Assembly (NCBI GenBank): GCA_027492205.1
Contig: JAOZFN010000009.1
Coordinates: 32,001-96,000, forward strand
Length of the DNA stretch: 64,000 nt
Direction of reading: 5' to 3'
Origin: Thermoproteota archaeon
GTDB lineage: Archaea; Korarchaeota; Korarchaeia; Korarchaeales; Korarchaeaceae
Shown here: piece after piece, positions 29,154 to 37,795 of the stretch
Position numbering within the stretch: the stretch's first letter is position 1
How the letters are laid out: every line of letters starts with the position of its first letter
Translations under genes and position numbers: made by a program
The notes under the pieces: model-generated
The model's input: the letters and a program-made list of their open reading frames with translations, nothing else
Told to the model about the DNA's origin: nothing
Database searches by the model: none

Positions 29154-31476
29154 CGAGCCTCACGCCCACCACCTTAGACTCGCCGTTCACCATCCTCACG
29201 CCAAGTATGGCGTCCGCCTCCTCGAGCGTGTCCTTCTTGAGGGAGATTATGATCACCTGCGACCCCCTTGCCACCATCCTCCTCAGGAGGGCCGCGTACC
29301 TCTTGCAGTTCCTCCCGTCCAGCATCATGTCTGCCTCGTCGAAGAAGTAGAGCGGGCTGGGTCGGACGCTCTGGAGGGCGTATATGAAGGCCAAGGCCGT
29401 GAGAGACTTCTCCCCGCCCGAGAGCGCCTCCATCGGAACCTCTCCCTTCTCCGGGAGGTTGACCCTGACCTCGAGCTCCAGTCTCGGCCACTCGCCCGAC
29501 ATCCAGACCTCACCCTCCCCGCCGAACATCTCTCCTATGGCCTCGTTGAATGCCTTCGACACCTTCTCGACGGTTTCCCTCAGGACCGCATCCCTCTCCT
29601 TTGCTATCTCGTCCAGGGCCCTCTCTATCGAGGCCCTCGCCTCTTCCAGCTGGGCCAGCGTCTCATCCATCTCCCGGGCCTTCGCCTCCTCCCTCCTCAG
29701 CTCCTCCAACGCGTCTGGACCGACCAGCGGAATGGTCCGGAGCCTGGCCGCCACGGCGGCGTACTCGGACTCCGGATCGTCGGACTCGGCCGCCTCCACG
29801 TCCTTCAGGCTCGCGAGCCTTGTCCTGAGCTCCTCTAGCCTCTGAGTCAGCTTACCTCTCTCCTCGGCGACGGCGCGCATCCTTCGCTCGTACGCCAGCC
29901 TCGAACTCATGGCCCTCTCAAGGTCGGCTCTGAGTTCGTCTATCCTCCTCCTCACCTCCCTCAGGGCCTCCTCAACCTCATGGGCGCGCTCCGGCGGGGG
30001 GAGTTCCCGCGCCCTCGCCTCCAGCTCCTCCAGCCTCTCCATGACCCTCTCCCGCTCCTCCAGCAGCTCTTCCAGCCTCCTCCTGAGGCGCCTCTCCTGC
30101 GCTGGGGAGGGGGGAGAGGACAGGATGCTGCCGTCCCTCTCGAGGATCTCGCCGTGCAGGCTGACGAATCGGTACCTGCCAACGTCGGACCTGGGGATGG
30201 AGTCCAAGTCCTCCACGAGCACGGCGTTCCCGACAATCGCCCCCACGAGTCCCTCCACGCCGGGCTCCGCCAGGACGTATTCTCTGAGCAGCCCGAGGGA
30301 GTACTCGGGCGGGTTCACGGGTCTCGGAGGCCTCAGGACGTCAAGCGGGAGCACCCTTATCCTGCGGCTCAGTCTCGAGCCTCTGAGGGACCTCACCATC
30401 TCGAGTCCGGCCTCCAGGGTTCTGACCACCGCATCGCCAACCCTCGCCCCGGCGACCGCCCTGTAGGCCATCTCGTAGCCCTCCACGGGCCTCACCAGTT
30501 CCGCGACTATCCCTACGTAATCCGGGTGACTCGTCACCGACCTCGGGGGCGGGGAGGCCCCCATGGTCGCCAAGAGGGTTCTCACCCCCTCCAGCTCCGC
30601 TTCAAGGGACCTGAGCCTCTCCCTGAGGGTCGCTATTCGGGCCTTGACCGTGGCGGCCTCACGGGCCCTCTTGAGTTCTTCCGAGCCCTCCAGCTTCCTG
30701 AGTTCCGACTCAGCCCGCCTGACCTCCCTCTTAATCTCCTCGATCTCCTCCTCGGATATGGCGGGGGCCTCCGGGGGCTGCAGCTCTTCTAGGTCCCTCT
30801 CGGTTCTCTCCATCCTCCTCAGTAGGACGGCCTTCTCCAGGGAAGCCAGTCTGCGCTCCAGCTCTTCCCTCTCGCGGTACGCCTCCGCCCTCCTCCTCAG
30901 AAACTCCAGCCTCTCCAGCCTGTCCCTCTGGAGCGCCCTGAGCACCCTGATGCGCTCCTCCACTCGCTCTAACTCTCTCAGCGTCTCCTCTCTCTTCCTC
31001 TCGAACTCCTCGACTCCGCTGATCTCCAGAATCAGCGCTGCCCTCTCCCTCGGGGTCGACTCGATTACTGCAGTGACCTCGCCCTGGCTGACGAAGTTGT
31101 GTCCGTCGGCCCTTAGGCCGAGCTCTGCCAGGGCGTCTCTGACCTCGTTGGCGGACGCCAACCTGCCGTTGAGTCTGTAGGACCCTCCAGATCTAGTTAT
31201 CCTCCTCTCGAGCCTCAGCGCCCCACCGGGGTGTCTGAGGACCAGCTCGACGGAGCAGGTGGCGGCCCCCTTCCTGATCAGGCCCCTGAGCCCCTGGGAC
31301 CTGAGCCAGCTCCCCCTGGCGCCCATGGCGAACATGACCGCCTCCATCACGTTGGACTTGCCCGAGCCGTTGGGCCCTGTGATGGCGGTCAAGTCGGAGG
31401 GGAACTCTATGGCGGCGCTGCGGAAGGACTTGAAGTTCTTCAGCCTGATCTTCGTGAGCCTGACGCCTGTGGTCAG
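29116..31476 (-). CDS. smc: Chromosome segregation protein SMC, short-armed (about 786 aa)
   Basis: IRLKNFKSF, GPNGSGKSN, FVSQG, hinge (YVGIVAELV...RFVSLHGEILERDG), LSGGEKS, FFDEAD. The N-terminal strand lies upstream of the track start (31392), so CTG 31476 is needed. Confidence 0.92.
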   Translation of the reverse strand: MTTGVRLTKIRLKNFKSFRSAAIEFPSDLTAITGPNGSGKSNVMEAVMFAMGARGSWLRSQGLRGLIRKGAATCSVELVLRHPGGALRLERRITRSGGSYRLNGRLASANEVRDALAELGLRADGHNFVSQGEVTAVIESTPRERAALILEISGVEEFERKREETLRELERVEERIRVLRALQRDRLERLEFLRRRAEAYREREELERRLASLEKAVLLRRMERTERDLEELQPPEAPAISEEEIEEIKREVRRAESELRKLEGSEELKRAREAATVKARIATLRERLRSLEAELEGVRTLLATMGASPPPRSVTSHPDYVGIVAELVRPVEGYEMAYRAVAGARVGDAVVRTLEAGLEMVRSLRGSRLSRRIRVLPLDVLRPPRPVNPPEYSLGLLREYVLAEPGVEGLVGAIVGNAVLVEDLDSIPRSDVGRYRFVSLHGEILERDGSILSSPPSPAQERRLRRRLEELLEERERVMERLEELEARARELPPPERAHEVEEALREVRRRIDELRADLERAMSSRLAYERRMRAVAEERGKLTQRLEELRTRLASLKDVEAAESDDPESEYAAVAARLRTIPLVGPDALEELRREEAKAREMDETLAQLEEARASIERALDEIAKERDAVLRETVEKVSKAFNEAIGEMFGGEGEVWMSGEWPRLELEVRVNLPEKGEVPMEALSGGEKSLTALAFIYALQSVRPSPLYFFDEADMMLDGRNCKRYAALLRRMVARGSQVIIISLKKDTLEEADAILGVRMVNGESKVVGVRLDEFDRVEYTAEG

Positions 31477-32324
31477 GAGATCACCCTCCTGCCCTCCTCA
31501 GTGATCCTGAGGATGCTTCCCCTTGGGGTCTTCTCCATCTCGATGAAGCCCCCCTCGCTCAGCCTCCTAGCCCTGCGCCAGATCGTAGTCTTGGGCATCT
31601 CGAGGGCAGCCCTAAGCTCGGACAGGTAGGCAGATCCGCCCATCTGGTCCAGCTTCCTGAGGAGGGCTATGTCGTCGTACGAGAGCGGGGGCCTCTCTCC
31701 GGAGGTCCTCCTCCCCCGCGCCCGGAGGAGGAGTGCTATAGCGGCCGCCACGACGGCCCCGGCGGTCGCGATCCCGACCCAGAGGTATCTCAGCTCCCAC
31801 TCCGGCTGTGGTCCGTGAGATCTCGCCAGGAGGACGTAGGAGACCCAACAGGGGGTCTCCATGAAGACTATTGTCCTGTTGTCCACCGAGGTGACCGCGG
31901 AGGGCAGCTCAGACATCCCGACTAGGAGCGAGCCCTTCGGGAGTCGGATCTCGCAGGTACCCAGGTTGACGCTCAAGTTCACCGTCCAGACGTCTCCCTC
32001 CTTGGCAGTTATGGCCTGGGTCTCGTATGTGACGTTAACGAAGTCCGAGACCTCCCACACCAGGAGGATCCCTTCTGAGACGTTGTAGCCCAGAGGAACG
32101 CCTGCGTTGTCCGAGACGAGGAGAGACTCGGCCCCGGGTAGCAGGGGTATCGCGCTCACGAACCCCTCGGAGCTCCAATTCACAGAGACGAGGGCCCACC
32201 CGTCCTCGTACAGGGTGACCCTGCAGGGGGTCGGCTCGGCCTGAGCCTCGGCCACAATCAGCGGAACCAGAGCCATCAGCGCGATTGCCAGCGCGACACC
32301 CCGCCGCGGACGCAATGGATACAC
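31473..32324 (-). CDS. Membrane-anchored protein with C-terminal wHTH (COG2512-like)
   Basis: Signal peptide, beta-rich ectodomain, TM, then YLSELRAALEMPKTTIWRRARRLSEGGFIEMEK. Confidence 0.8.
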   Translation of the reverse strand: MYPLRPRRGVALAIALMALVPLIVAEAQAEPTPCRVTLYEDGWALVSVNWSSEGFVSAIPLLPGAESLLVSDNAGVPLGYNVSEGILLVWEVSDFVNVTYETQAITAKEGDVWTVNLSVNLGTCEIRLPKGSLLVGMSELPSAVTSVDNRTIVFMETPCWVSYVLLARSHGPQPEWELRYLWVGIATAGAVVAAAIALLLRARGRRTSGERPPLSYDDIALLRKLDQMGGSAYLSELRAALEMPKTTIWRRARRLSEGGFIEMEKTPRGSILRITEEGRRVIS

Positions 32325-32333
32325 CCCGGGGCC

Positions 32334-33083
32334 TCAATAGAACCCGGAGACCGCGTACTCCAGCCTCACCACACCCTTGCCCTTGCTCTTCCTCTTGAGG
32401 ATCTTGATGCCTCCTATCTCCCCGGTCCTCGCGACGTGAGTCCCGCCGCAGGGGTCCGCGCCCACGCCCACGATCTCCACGATCCTGATCTCTTCCATCC
32501 CCTCCTGAGCGGGTCCCAGGCCCGCGCCGTATCTCGCTAGGAGTTCCTCTGCCTTGTCCCTCGGCAGCACGTTGGCCCTGACCTCCGCGTCCATCTGGAC
32601 TATTCTATTGGCCTCCTCCTCTATCGCGGGGAGCTGATCTCGTGTTATCTTCGCAGCGAAGTCGAGCCGGCCAGAGCCCACACTCAGGCCGCTGCCGGCC
32701 AGCGCCGTTCGGCCGAAAAGTCGATCGACCGCGTGCATTAGCACGTGTGCCGCCGTGTGTGTCCTCATTATGGCGTACCGCCTATCCCAGTCCAGCACTC
32801 CCCTAACCCCATCACCCGGGGAGAAGGACCCCTCGAGTTCGCCGATGTGAAGCACGTCCTCTCCCCTATTCTCCGCCCAGACGACCTTGAGCTTGCCGGA
32901 GGGGCCCTCCAGAACCCCCGTGTCAGCTGGCTGTCCGCCGCCCTCGGGGTAGAAGGCGGTCCTGTCCAGCACCGCTCCTACCTTGCCGTCCGGGAGCTCC
33001 TCCACCGAGGCGACTATTGCGGTGAACTCCTTCAAGTACTGATCTTGGTAGTACAGCCTCTCCGTCGGCACAGGACCCTCCAA
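32334..33083 (-). CDS. alaX: Alanyl-tRNA editing protein, AlaX-M type
   Basis: LYYQDQY, TAFYPEGGGQPAD, MRTHTAAH, CGGTHV. Confidence 0.92.
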   Translation of the reverse strand: MEGPVPTERLYYQDQYLKEFTAIVASVEELPDGKVGAVLDRTAFYPEGGGQPADTGVLEGPSGKLKVVWAENRGEDVLHIGELEGSFSPGDGVRGVLDWDRRYAIMRTHTAAHVLMHAVDRLFGRTALAGSGLSVGSGRLDFAAKITRDQLPAIEEEANRIVQMDAEVRANVLPRDKAEELLARYGAGLGPAQEGMEEIRIVEIVGVGADPCGGTHVARTGEIGGIKILKRKSKGKGVVRLEYAVSGFY

Positions 33084-33122
33084 CGGCTCCTAAGTAAAAT
33101 GATTTTTCGGCTCGGGACGACC

Positions 33123-34343
33123 CTACTCCTTGCGCTGGAGGGAGAGTCTCTTCGTGGTTACGGTGAGGTCTACCGAGACTCCGAACCTGGCCACCTCTCG
33201 GAGGAAGGGCTCTGGGTCTATGGCGCGCTCGGGGAGGTGAACTCCAGGCTTCAGTTCTCCCTCTACCAGCATCCTGGCGGCCGTTATCGCTGGGGCGGCC
33301 ACCAAGATGCCGTGGGCCGACGCCGGAGGTTTCGTCCAAGACTCGGCCGATGCGGTGACAACGACTGTGGCTGGCCGATCTGAGATTGACCCCACGGCCG
33401 TGACGACCATCACGTCTACGTCGTCAGGGGTCCAGGATTTCCCCTGGATGGTCCTGTTGACTAGGTACTCCAAGATCTCCATAGGAGACCTTCCGCACCC
33501 CGGGAGATCAAGAGGATCCTCGGAGGCGAACCCCAGCTTAACCAAGAGACCGTACTTCTCGAGTAGGTCATCCGGGAATGAGAGCTTGTAGTCGACCAGC
33601 CTGATCCCGCGGTCCCTGAATGTCTCCCCGAGGCTCCAGGTCTCCGGGTGATCGACGTAGTAGCACGGCTGCCTCCCCACCGGTTCCGGGAACTCGAACT
33701 CCTCCCTGCCACCCCAGGGCAGCGTGGGCCTCGGCCCCTCCGCCGTCCACACCTCCCCCCCGTAGACGAACTCGTCCAGGATCGTCTCGAACGAGTAGGG
33801 AACCGGGAGCGGGATACCCAGGCCCTCGTAGTCAACCCGATCGACCCAACCCTCTCTCATCCGGATCTCTCGGACCTCCTCGAGCTGGTCAACGGCCAGC
33901 CTCGCGAGGACGTTGATCAGGCCCGGCGAGCCGCCCATGGCCGGGAGGGCCGGCACTCCGGCTCGCCGGAAGTCTTCGTCCAGAGAGAGCTGCCACTGGA
34001 GCGTCTCCCTGTCCGACCCGAAGTCTATGTATGGGATCCGCGCCTCCAAGGCCGCCTTCGTGAGCTGGGGGATCACCTTGAAGATCGCCCCGTTGATCAG
34101 GACGTCGTACTCCCTCACCAGGCCGACGACGGTGTCCACATCCCGCGCGTCGAGCTGGGCCCAGGAGACCTCCTTGGACCCAGTGAGGGTTCGACACTCC
34201 CCCGCAACTCTCTCGGCAGCCTCCGGGTCCTTGTCCGCTATCAGCAGCTCCCCCACCCATCCGGCGAGATCGTCTCTGGCCAGGGAGATCGCCACAACCC
34301 TCGACGTCATGCCCGCCCCGACCAGCGCCACCCGTGCAGACAT
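33123..34343 (-). CDS. Saccharopine dehydrogenase-like oxidoreductase
   Basis: VGAG Rossmann fold, YIDF, MGGSPGLIN, TILDE, HPE, GV.LPE. Confidence 0.8.
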   Translation of the reverse strand: MSARVALVGAGMTSRVVAISLARDDLAGWVGELLIADKDPEAAERVAGECRTLTGSKEVSWAQLDARDVDTVVGLVREYDVLINGAIFKVIPQLTKAALEARIPYIDFGSDRETLQWQLSLDEDFRRAGVPALPAMGGSPGLINVLARLAVDQLEEVREIRMREGWVDRVDYEGLGIPLPVPYSFETILDEFVYGGEVWTAEGPRPTLPWGGREEFEFPEPVGRQPCYYVDHPETWSLGETFRDRGIRLVDYKLSFPDDLLEKYGLLVKLGFASEDPLDLPGCGRSPMEILEYLVNRTIQGKSWTPDDVDVMVVTAVGSISDRPATVVVTASAESWTKPPASAHGILVAAPAITAARMLVEGELKPGVHLPERAIDPEPFLREVARFGVSVDLTVTTKRLSLQRKE

Positions 34344-34394
34344 CCAGCCTTCACCCTCGTCAGTCTATTAACCTGAACCACCGGAATTGACCGG

Positions 34395-35582
34395 GTGGGC
34401 CCATTGGATTGGGAGGTTGAGGTTCTCAGGCGCCTGGTCGCCCTCGACACCGACGCCACCCAGAGGAAGAACTACCGCGAGGCCGCCGAGCTGGTGGCCG
34501 GATACTTCAGGGAGATCGGCCTGAGCGTCGAGATCGTGGGGGAGGAGGTACCCAACGTCGTGGCGAGGCTCGACGTCGGCGCCGAGAGGGACCTCGCGCT
34601 CGTGAGCCACTACGACGTCGTCCCGGCCGGGGGACCGTGGGTCCTGAACGGCAGGGAGATCGACCCCTTCGAGCCCCTCCTGGTTAACGGCCGCCTCTAC
34701 GGGAGGGGTGCGGCCGACGACAAGTCTGCCATCGCGGCCACGCTGGGTGCCCTCAGGCGGATAGTCGAGAGCGGGCGGGGGGGTGAGCTGAGGTACAACC
34801 CCCTGGCCATCGTGGTCGGGGACGAGGAGGTCGGCGGCGCGGGGATAAGGGAGGTCGTCGAGGGGGCCGGGATCACGGGGGACGCCGCGGTCATACTGGA
34901 CGCCGCCATAGAGCACCTCAGCGTGGGCGCGAGCGGGGTGGCCGACGGCTGGATAACCGTCAGGGGGAAGGGAGGGCACGCCGGATACCCGCACAAGACG
35001 AGAAACCCCATCTACGGTCTGGTCAGGCTCATCTGCGAGCTGGAGAGCTTCTCGAGGCACAGGGCCACGAGGCTCTCCGACCTCCCGAGCCCGCCGGACT
35101 CCCCCGTGGAGAGGGTGTGGGGAAGGTTCACGGTCACGATGCTGCGCGCCGGGGAGAAGCACAACGCCGTGCCGAGCGAGGCCAGGCTAGGGTTCGACAT
35201 GAGGATCGTGCCCGGAGAGGATCCAGAGCGGGCGCTCGAGGAGCTGAGGTCCTTCCTCGCGGACGCCGCGGCCAGGCTGGGCCTCGAGGTGTCGATGGAG
35301 CTCGTGGGGGAGGTGAACACCGGTTGGATGACCCCGCCCGACCACCCCTTCGTGAGGGAGGCGCTCGACGCCATGGAGAGGGCCTTGGGCATGAGGAAGA
35401 TGGCCGCAGAGCTGGGAGGGAACGACGGCTACCTCTTCGCGTCGAGGGGGGTTCCCACGGTCGCCATAGGCGCCATCAGGGTGGACAACAACATACACGC
35501 CCCCCTAGAGTTCGTCTACCTGGAGGACGTAGCCGCGCTCGAGAGGTTCATCACGGAACTCCTAGTCCCAGGCGGGGCGTGA
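34395..35582 (+). CDS. M20 family metallopeptidase (ArgE/DapE-like)
   Basis: SHYDVVP, GRGAADDK, DEEVG, GHAG, IHAPLE. Confidence 0.9.
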   Translation: MGPLDWEVEVLRRLVALDTDATQRKNYREAAELVAGYFREIGLSVEIVGEEVPNVVARLDVGAERDLALVSHYDVVPAGGPWVLNGREIDPFEPLLVNGRLYGRGAADDKSAIAATLGALRRIVESGRGGELRYNPLAIVVGDEEVGGAGIREVVEGAGITGDAAVILDAAIEHLSVGASGVADGWITVRGKGGHAGYPHKTRNPIYGLVRLICELESFSRHRATRLSDLPSPPDSPVERVWGRFTVTMLRAGEKHNAVPSEARLGFDMRIVPGEDPERALEELRSFLADAAARLGLEVSMELVGEVNTGWMTPPDHPFVREALDAMERALGMRKMAAELGGNDGYLFASRGVPTVAIGAIRVDNNIHAPLEFVYLEDVAALERFITELLVPGGA

Positions 35583-36240
35583 GCCAGGCGAGCCCCGAGA
35601 CGACGAAGGGCACCTCGAGGTTGTCCTCCACTCCGTAGGCCTCAGACAACGCGGCGGCCGCGGACAGCAGAACGGCGCCCGCGGGGTCCCTGAACAGGAG
35701 GGCCACCGGGAGGATGGCCAGGAACCCGGCGACCGTGCCCTCCACCGTCGAGGTGGACGCGAAGGGCATTCTCAGCCTCCCCGCGTACGCCCCCACGACG
35801 GCCGAGGCGACGTCGGTAGTGGCGAGCGCCACGACCCCCCAGAGGAAGTTCCAGCCGAAGAGGAAGTAGGAGACCCCAACGCCTATGACCCCGTACATGA
35901 GGCCGACCCAACCGGCCCTCCTCTCGTACTCCCTCTCCAGCTGGCGTATCTTGGAGTCCAGCCACTTGACCACCGCGTCCACGCTCTGGCCCACCGGCGT
36001 CCTCTGCAGTATCCTCTCCAGCTCCTCCGGGGTGACCTCTATGGCGGGCCCCTTGACCCTCAGCGCGTTGACCCAGGCGGCGGCGATCATCAGGAGGCCG
36101 TAAACCTCGGCGGGAGACGGGCGATGGAGGAGAAACAGAGACTCCGGCAGCTTGGGGAGGATCACGGCCGGTGCGGCGAGGCTCAGGGCCATGACGGCGT
36201 GTATCATCTTGCGCAGCATCAGGCTCTTGAGATCCCGCAC
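35551..36240 (-). CDS. Dolichol/phytol kinase-like CTP-dependent membrane kinase
   Basis: RKMIH, D..SA.VG...G, TVEGT, EDNL motifs; multiple TM segments. Confidence 0.7.
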   Translation of the reverse strand: MRDLKSLMLRKMIHAVMALSLAAPAVILPKLPESLFLLHRPSPAEVYGLLMIAAAWVNALRVKGPAIEVTPEELERILQRTPVGQSVDAVVKWLDSKIRQLEREYERRAGWVGLMYGVIGVGVSYFLFGWNFLWGVVALATTDVASAVVGAYAGRLRMPFASTSTVEGTVAGFLAILPVALLFRDPAGAVLLSAAAALSEAYGVEDNLEVPFVVSGLAWLTPRLGLGVP

Positions 36241-36298
36241 GGACCGGTCGGGAGGGGCACGGTTAAAGTGATTTGCATCTCCATCGGCCGGAGATCGG

Positions 36299-36904
36299 AT
36301 GGGAAAAGAGGAGGAGAAGACCCCCCTCGCCTACCGCGTCGTCTACTCCCTTGGGCTCAGGAGCGTATACCGACCGGTCTCCGAGCTCATAAGCGTGGTC
36401 GGGCCCGGGGGGGTCGGAGTCGACGTGGGGGCCGGTTACGGTCTCTCCGCGGAGCTGATAGCCGACATGGTTGGCCACCTCATCCTGGTCGAGGTAGACA
36501 GGGAGATGGCCTCGTCGGCGAGGAGGCGCCTGGAGGACATGCCCAACGTCTCCGTGCTGAGGGCGGACGCCAGGATGCTGCCCCTCAGGGACGAGGTGGC
36601 CGATTTCGTCATATTCTTTGACTCCCTGCACCACATTCGAGGGCCGATGAGGGCCCTCAGGGAGGCTGTCAGGATCCTGAAAATCGGCGGTGTGCTTGGT
36701 ATCTACGATTTCGACGATTCTAGATTCGCCACTCGCATCTTGAGAAGGGTTGAGAAGATGATGGGGCTCCACTCGACCTTCCTCTCGCTGGATCGCCTGG
36801 TTGAGGGGTTGACGTCGCTCGGCATGCGCGTGGTGGGGGTGAGGGAGAGGTGGGCGGGACAGATCGACCTATTGGCCGTGAAGGTGGATTCGGTGTCCAC
36901 CTAG
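36299..36904 (+). CDS. Class I SAM-dependent methyltransferase
   Basis: VDVGAGYG, ADARMLP, SLHH, RILKIGG. Confidence 0.85.
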   Translation: MGKEEEKTPLAYRVVYSLGLRSVYRPVSELISVVGPGGVGVDVGAGYGLSAELIADMVGHLILVEVDREMASSARRRLEDMPNVSVLRADARMLPLRDEVADFVIFFDSLHHIRGPMRALREAVRILKIGGVLGIYDFDDSRFATRILRRVEKMMGLHSTFLSLDRLVEGLTSLGMRVVGVRERWAGQIDLLAVKVDSVST

Positions 36905-37788
36905 CAGCTGAGGTAGGTTATTCGAACCTCCCTCTCGAGCCTCCCTATGAGATCCGACGGAATTGGATGCGGGCCTGCGAATTTCGTTGACGCGGCGGCT
37001 GCGGCGACGGCAAATCTTGCCGCGCCGTCGATTCGCCCACCGTTGATCAGGGCCGCTCCTAGCGCGGCAGAGAAGACATCTCCGGCGCCGACGTCGTCCT
37101 CGGCGTTAACTGCCGGAGGCCTGGCGACGAGGGTACCGTCTGGACCCGACACGACCGCGCCCCTCTCGCCTAGCGTGACGGCAGCCACCCCAAACCTTCT
37201 AGAGAGAGCTCGGGCCGCCAGTAGCGGATCAGTCAAACCGGTGGCCTCTTTTGCCTCCGACTCGTTGGCGTGTACGACCGCCTGAATCCCCCCCAAGGAA
37301 CTGAGCCCTTCGGGGGCAAGAGACACGTGACCAGACGGGTCAAACCTTCTCAGGAATCCTTGGAGGTCTATCACAAGCACCTCGCACGACGACGCGCACT
37401 GGAGCGCCACCTGCCTCGAGATTTCACCGGCCACCGAGCCCAGATGGGTGACCTTCCCACGAAACGACGCCACGTCGGCAACTTGCAGCGGCCGCGCCCT
37501 TGAAGAGAGGGAGGAAACCACTCTATTGGGCCCGAGAACGATCCTGAATCTTGTACTGGGGCCCTCTCCAACCCTGACGCCAGAGAGATCCACTCCCTGT
37601 CGTCTAAGCCAGTCCAACTTATCGCGCGGGAAGTCCTCTCCGACAACGGACACCACCCCGGCGGACAGACCCAAGCCGGCGGCGAAGACGGAGCCGTACG
37701 CCGCTGCCCCGCCAATCCTCAACCTTCCACGCCCTAGCTCGTCCAGCGTGAGGTGGCCAACCGCGAGGTAGTCGTACTCCCTGGTCAC
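36901..37788 (-). CDS. PfkB family carbohydrate kinase
   Basis: GGAAAY, NESEA, VTLGERG, D.VGAGDVF. Confidence 0.88.
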   Translation of the reverse strand: MTREYDYLAVGHLTLDELGRGRLRIGGAAAYGSVFAAGLGLSAGVVSVVGEDFPRDKLDWLRRQGVDLSGVRVGEGPSTRFRIVLGPNRVVSSLSSRARPLQVADVASFRGKVTHLGSVAGEISRQVALQCASSCEVLVIDLQGFLRRFDPSGHVSLAPEGLSSLGGIQAVVHANESEAKEATGLTDPLLAARALSRRFGVAAVTLGERGAVVSGPDGTLVARPPAVNAEDDVGAGDVFSAALGAALINGGRIDGAARFAVAAAAASTKFAGPHPIPSDLIGRLEREVRITYLSC

Positions 37789-37795
37789 CGGACCC

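Noticed and set aside
26152-31476. Wadjet/MksBEFG anti-plasmid system interpretation
   Set aside because: SMC has canonical Smc-type head and hinge with ScpA/ScpB-like partners, and no Toprim JetD/MksG motif was seen in neighbours.
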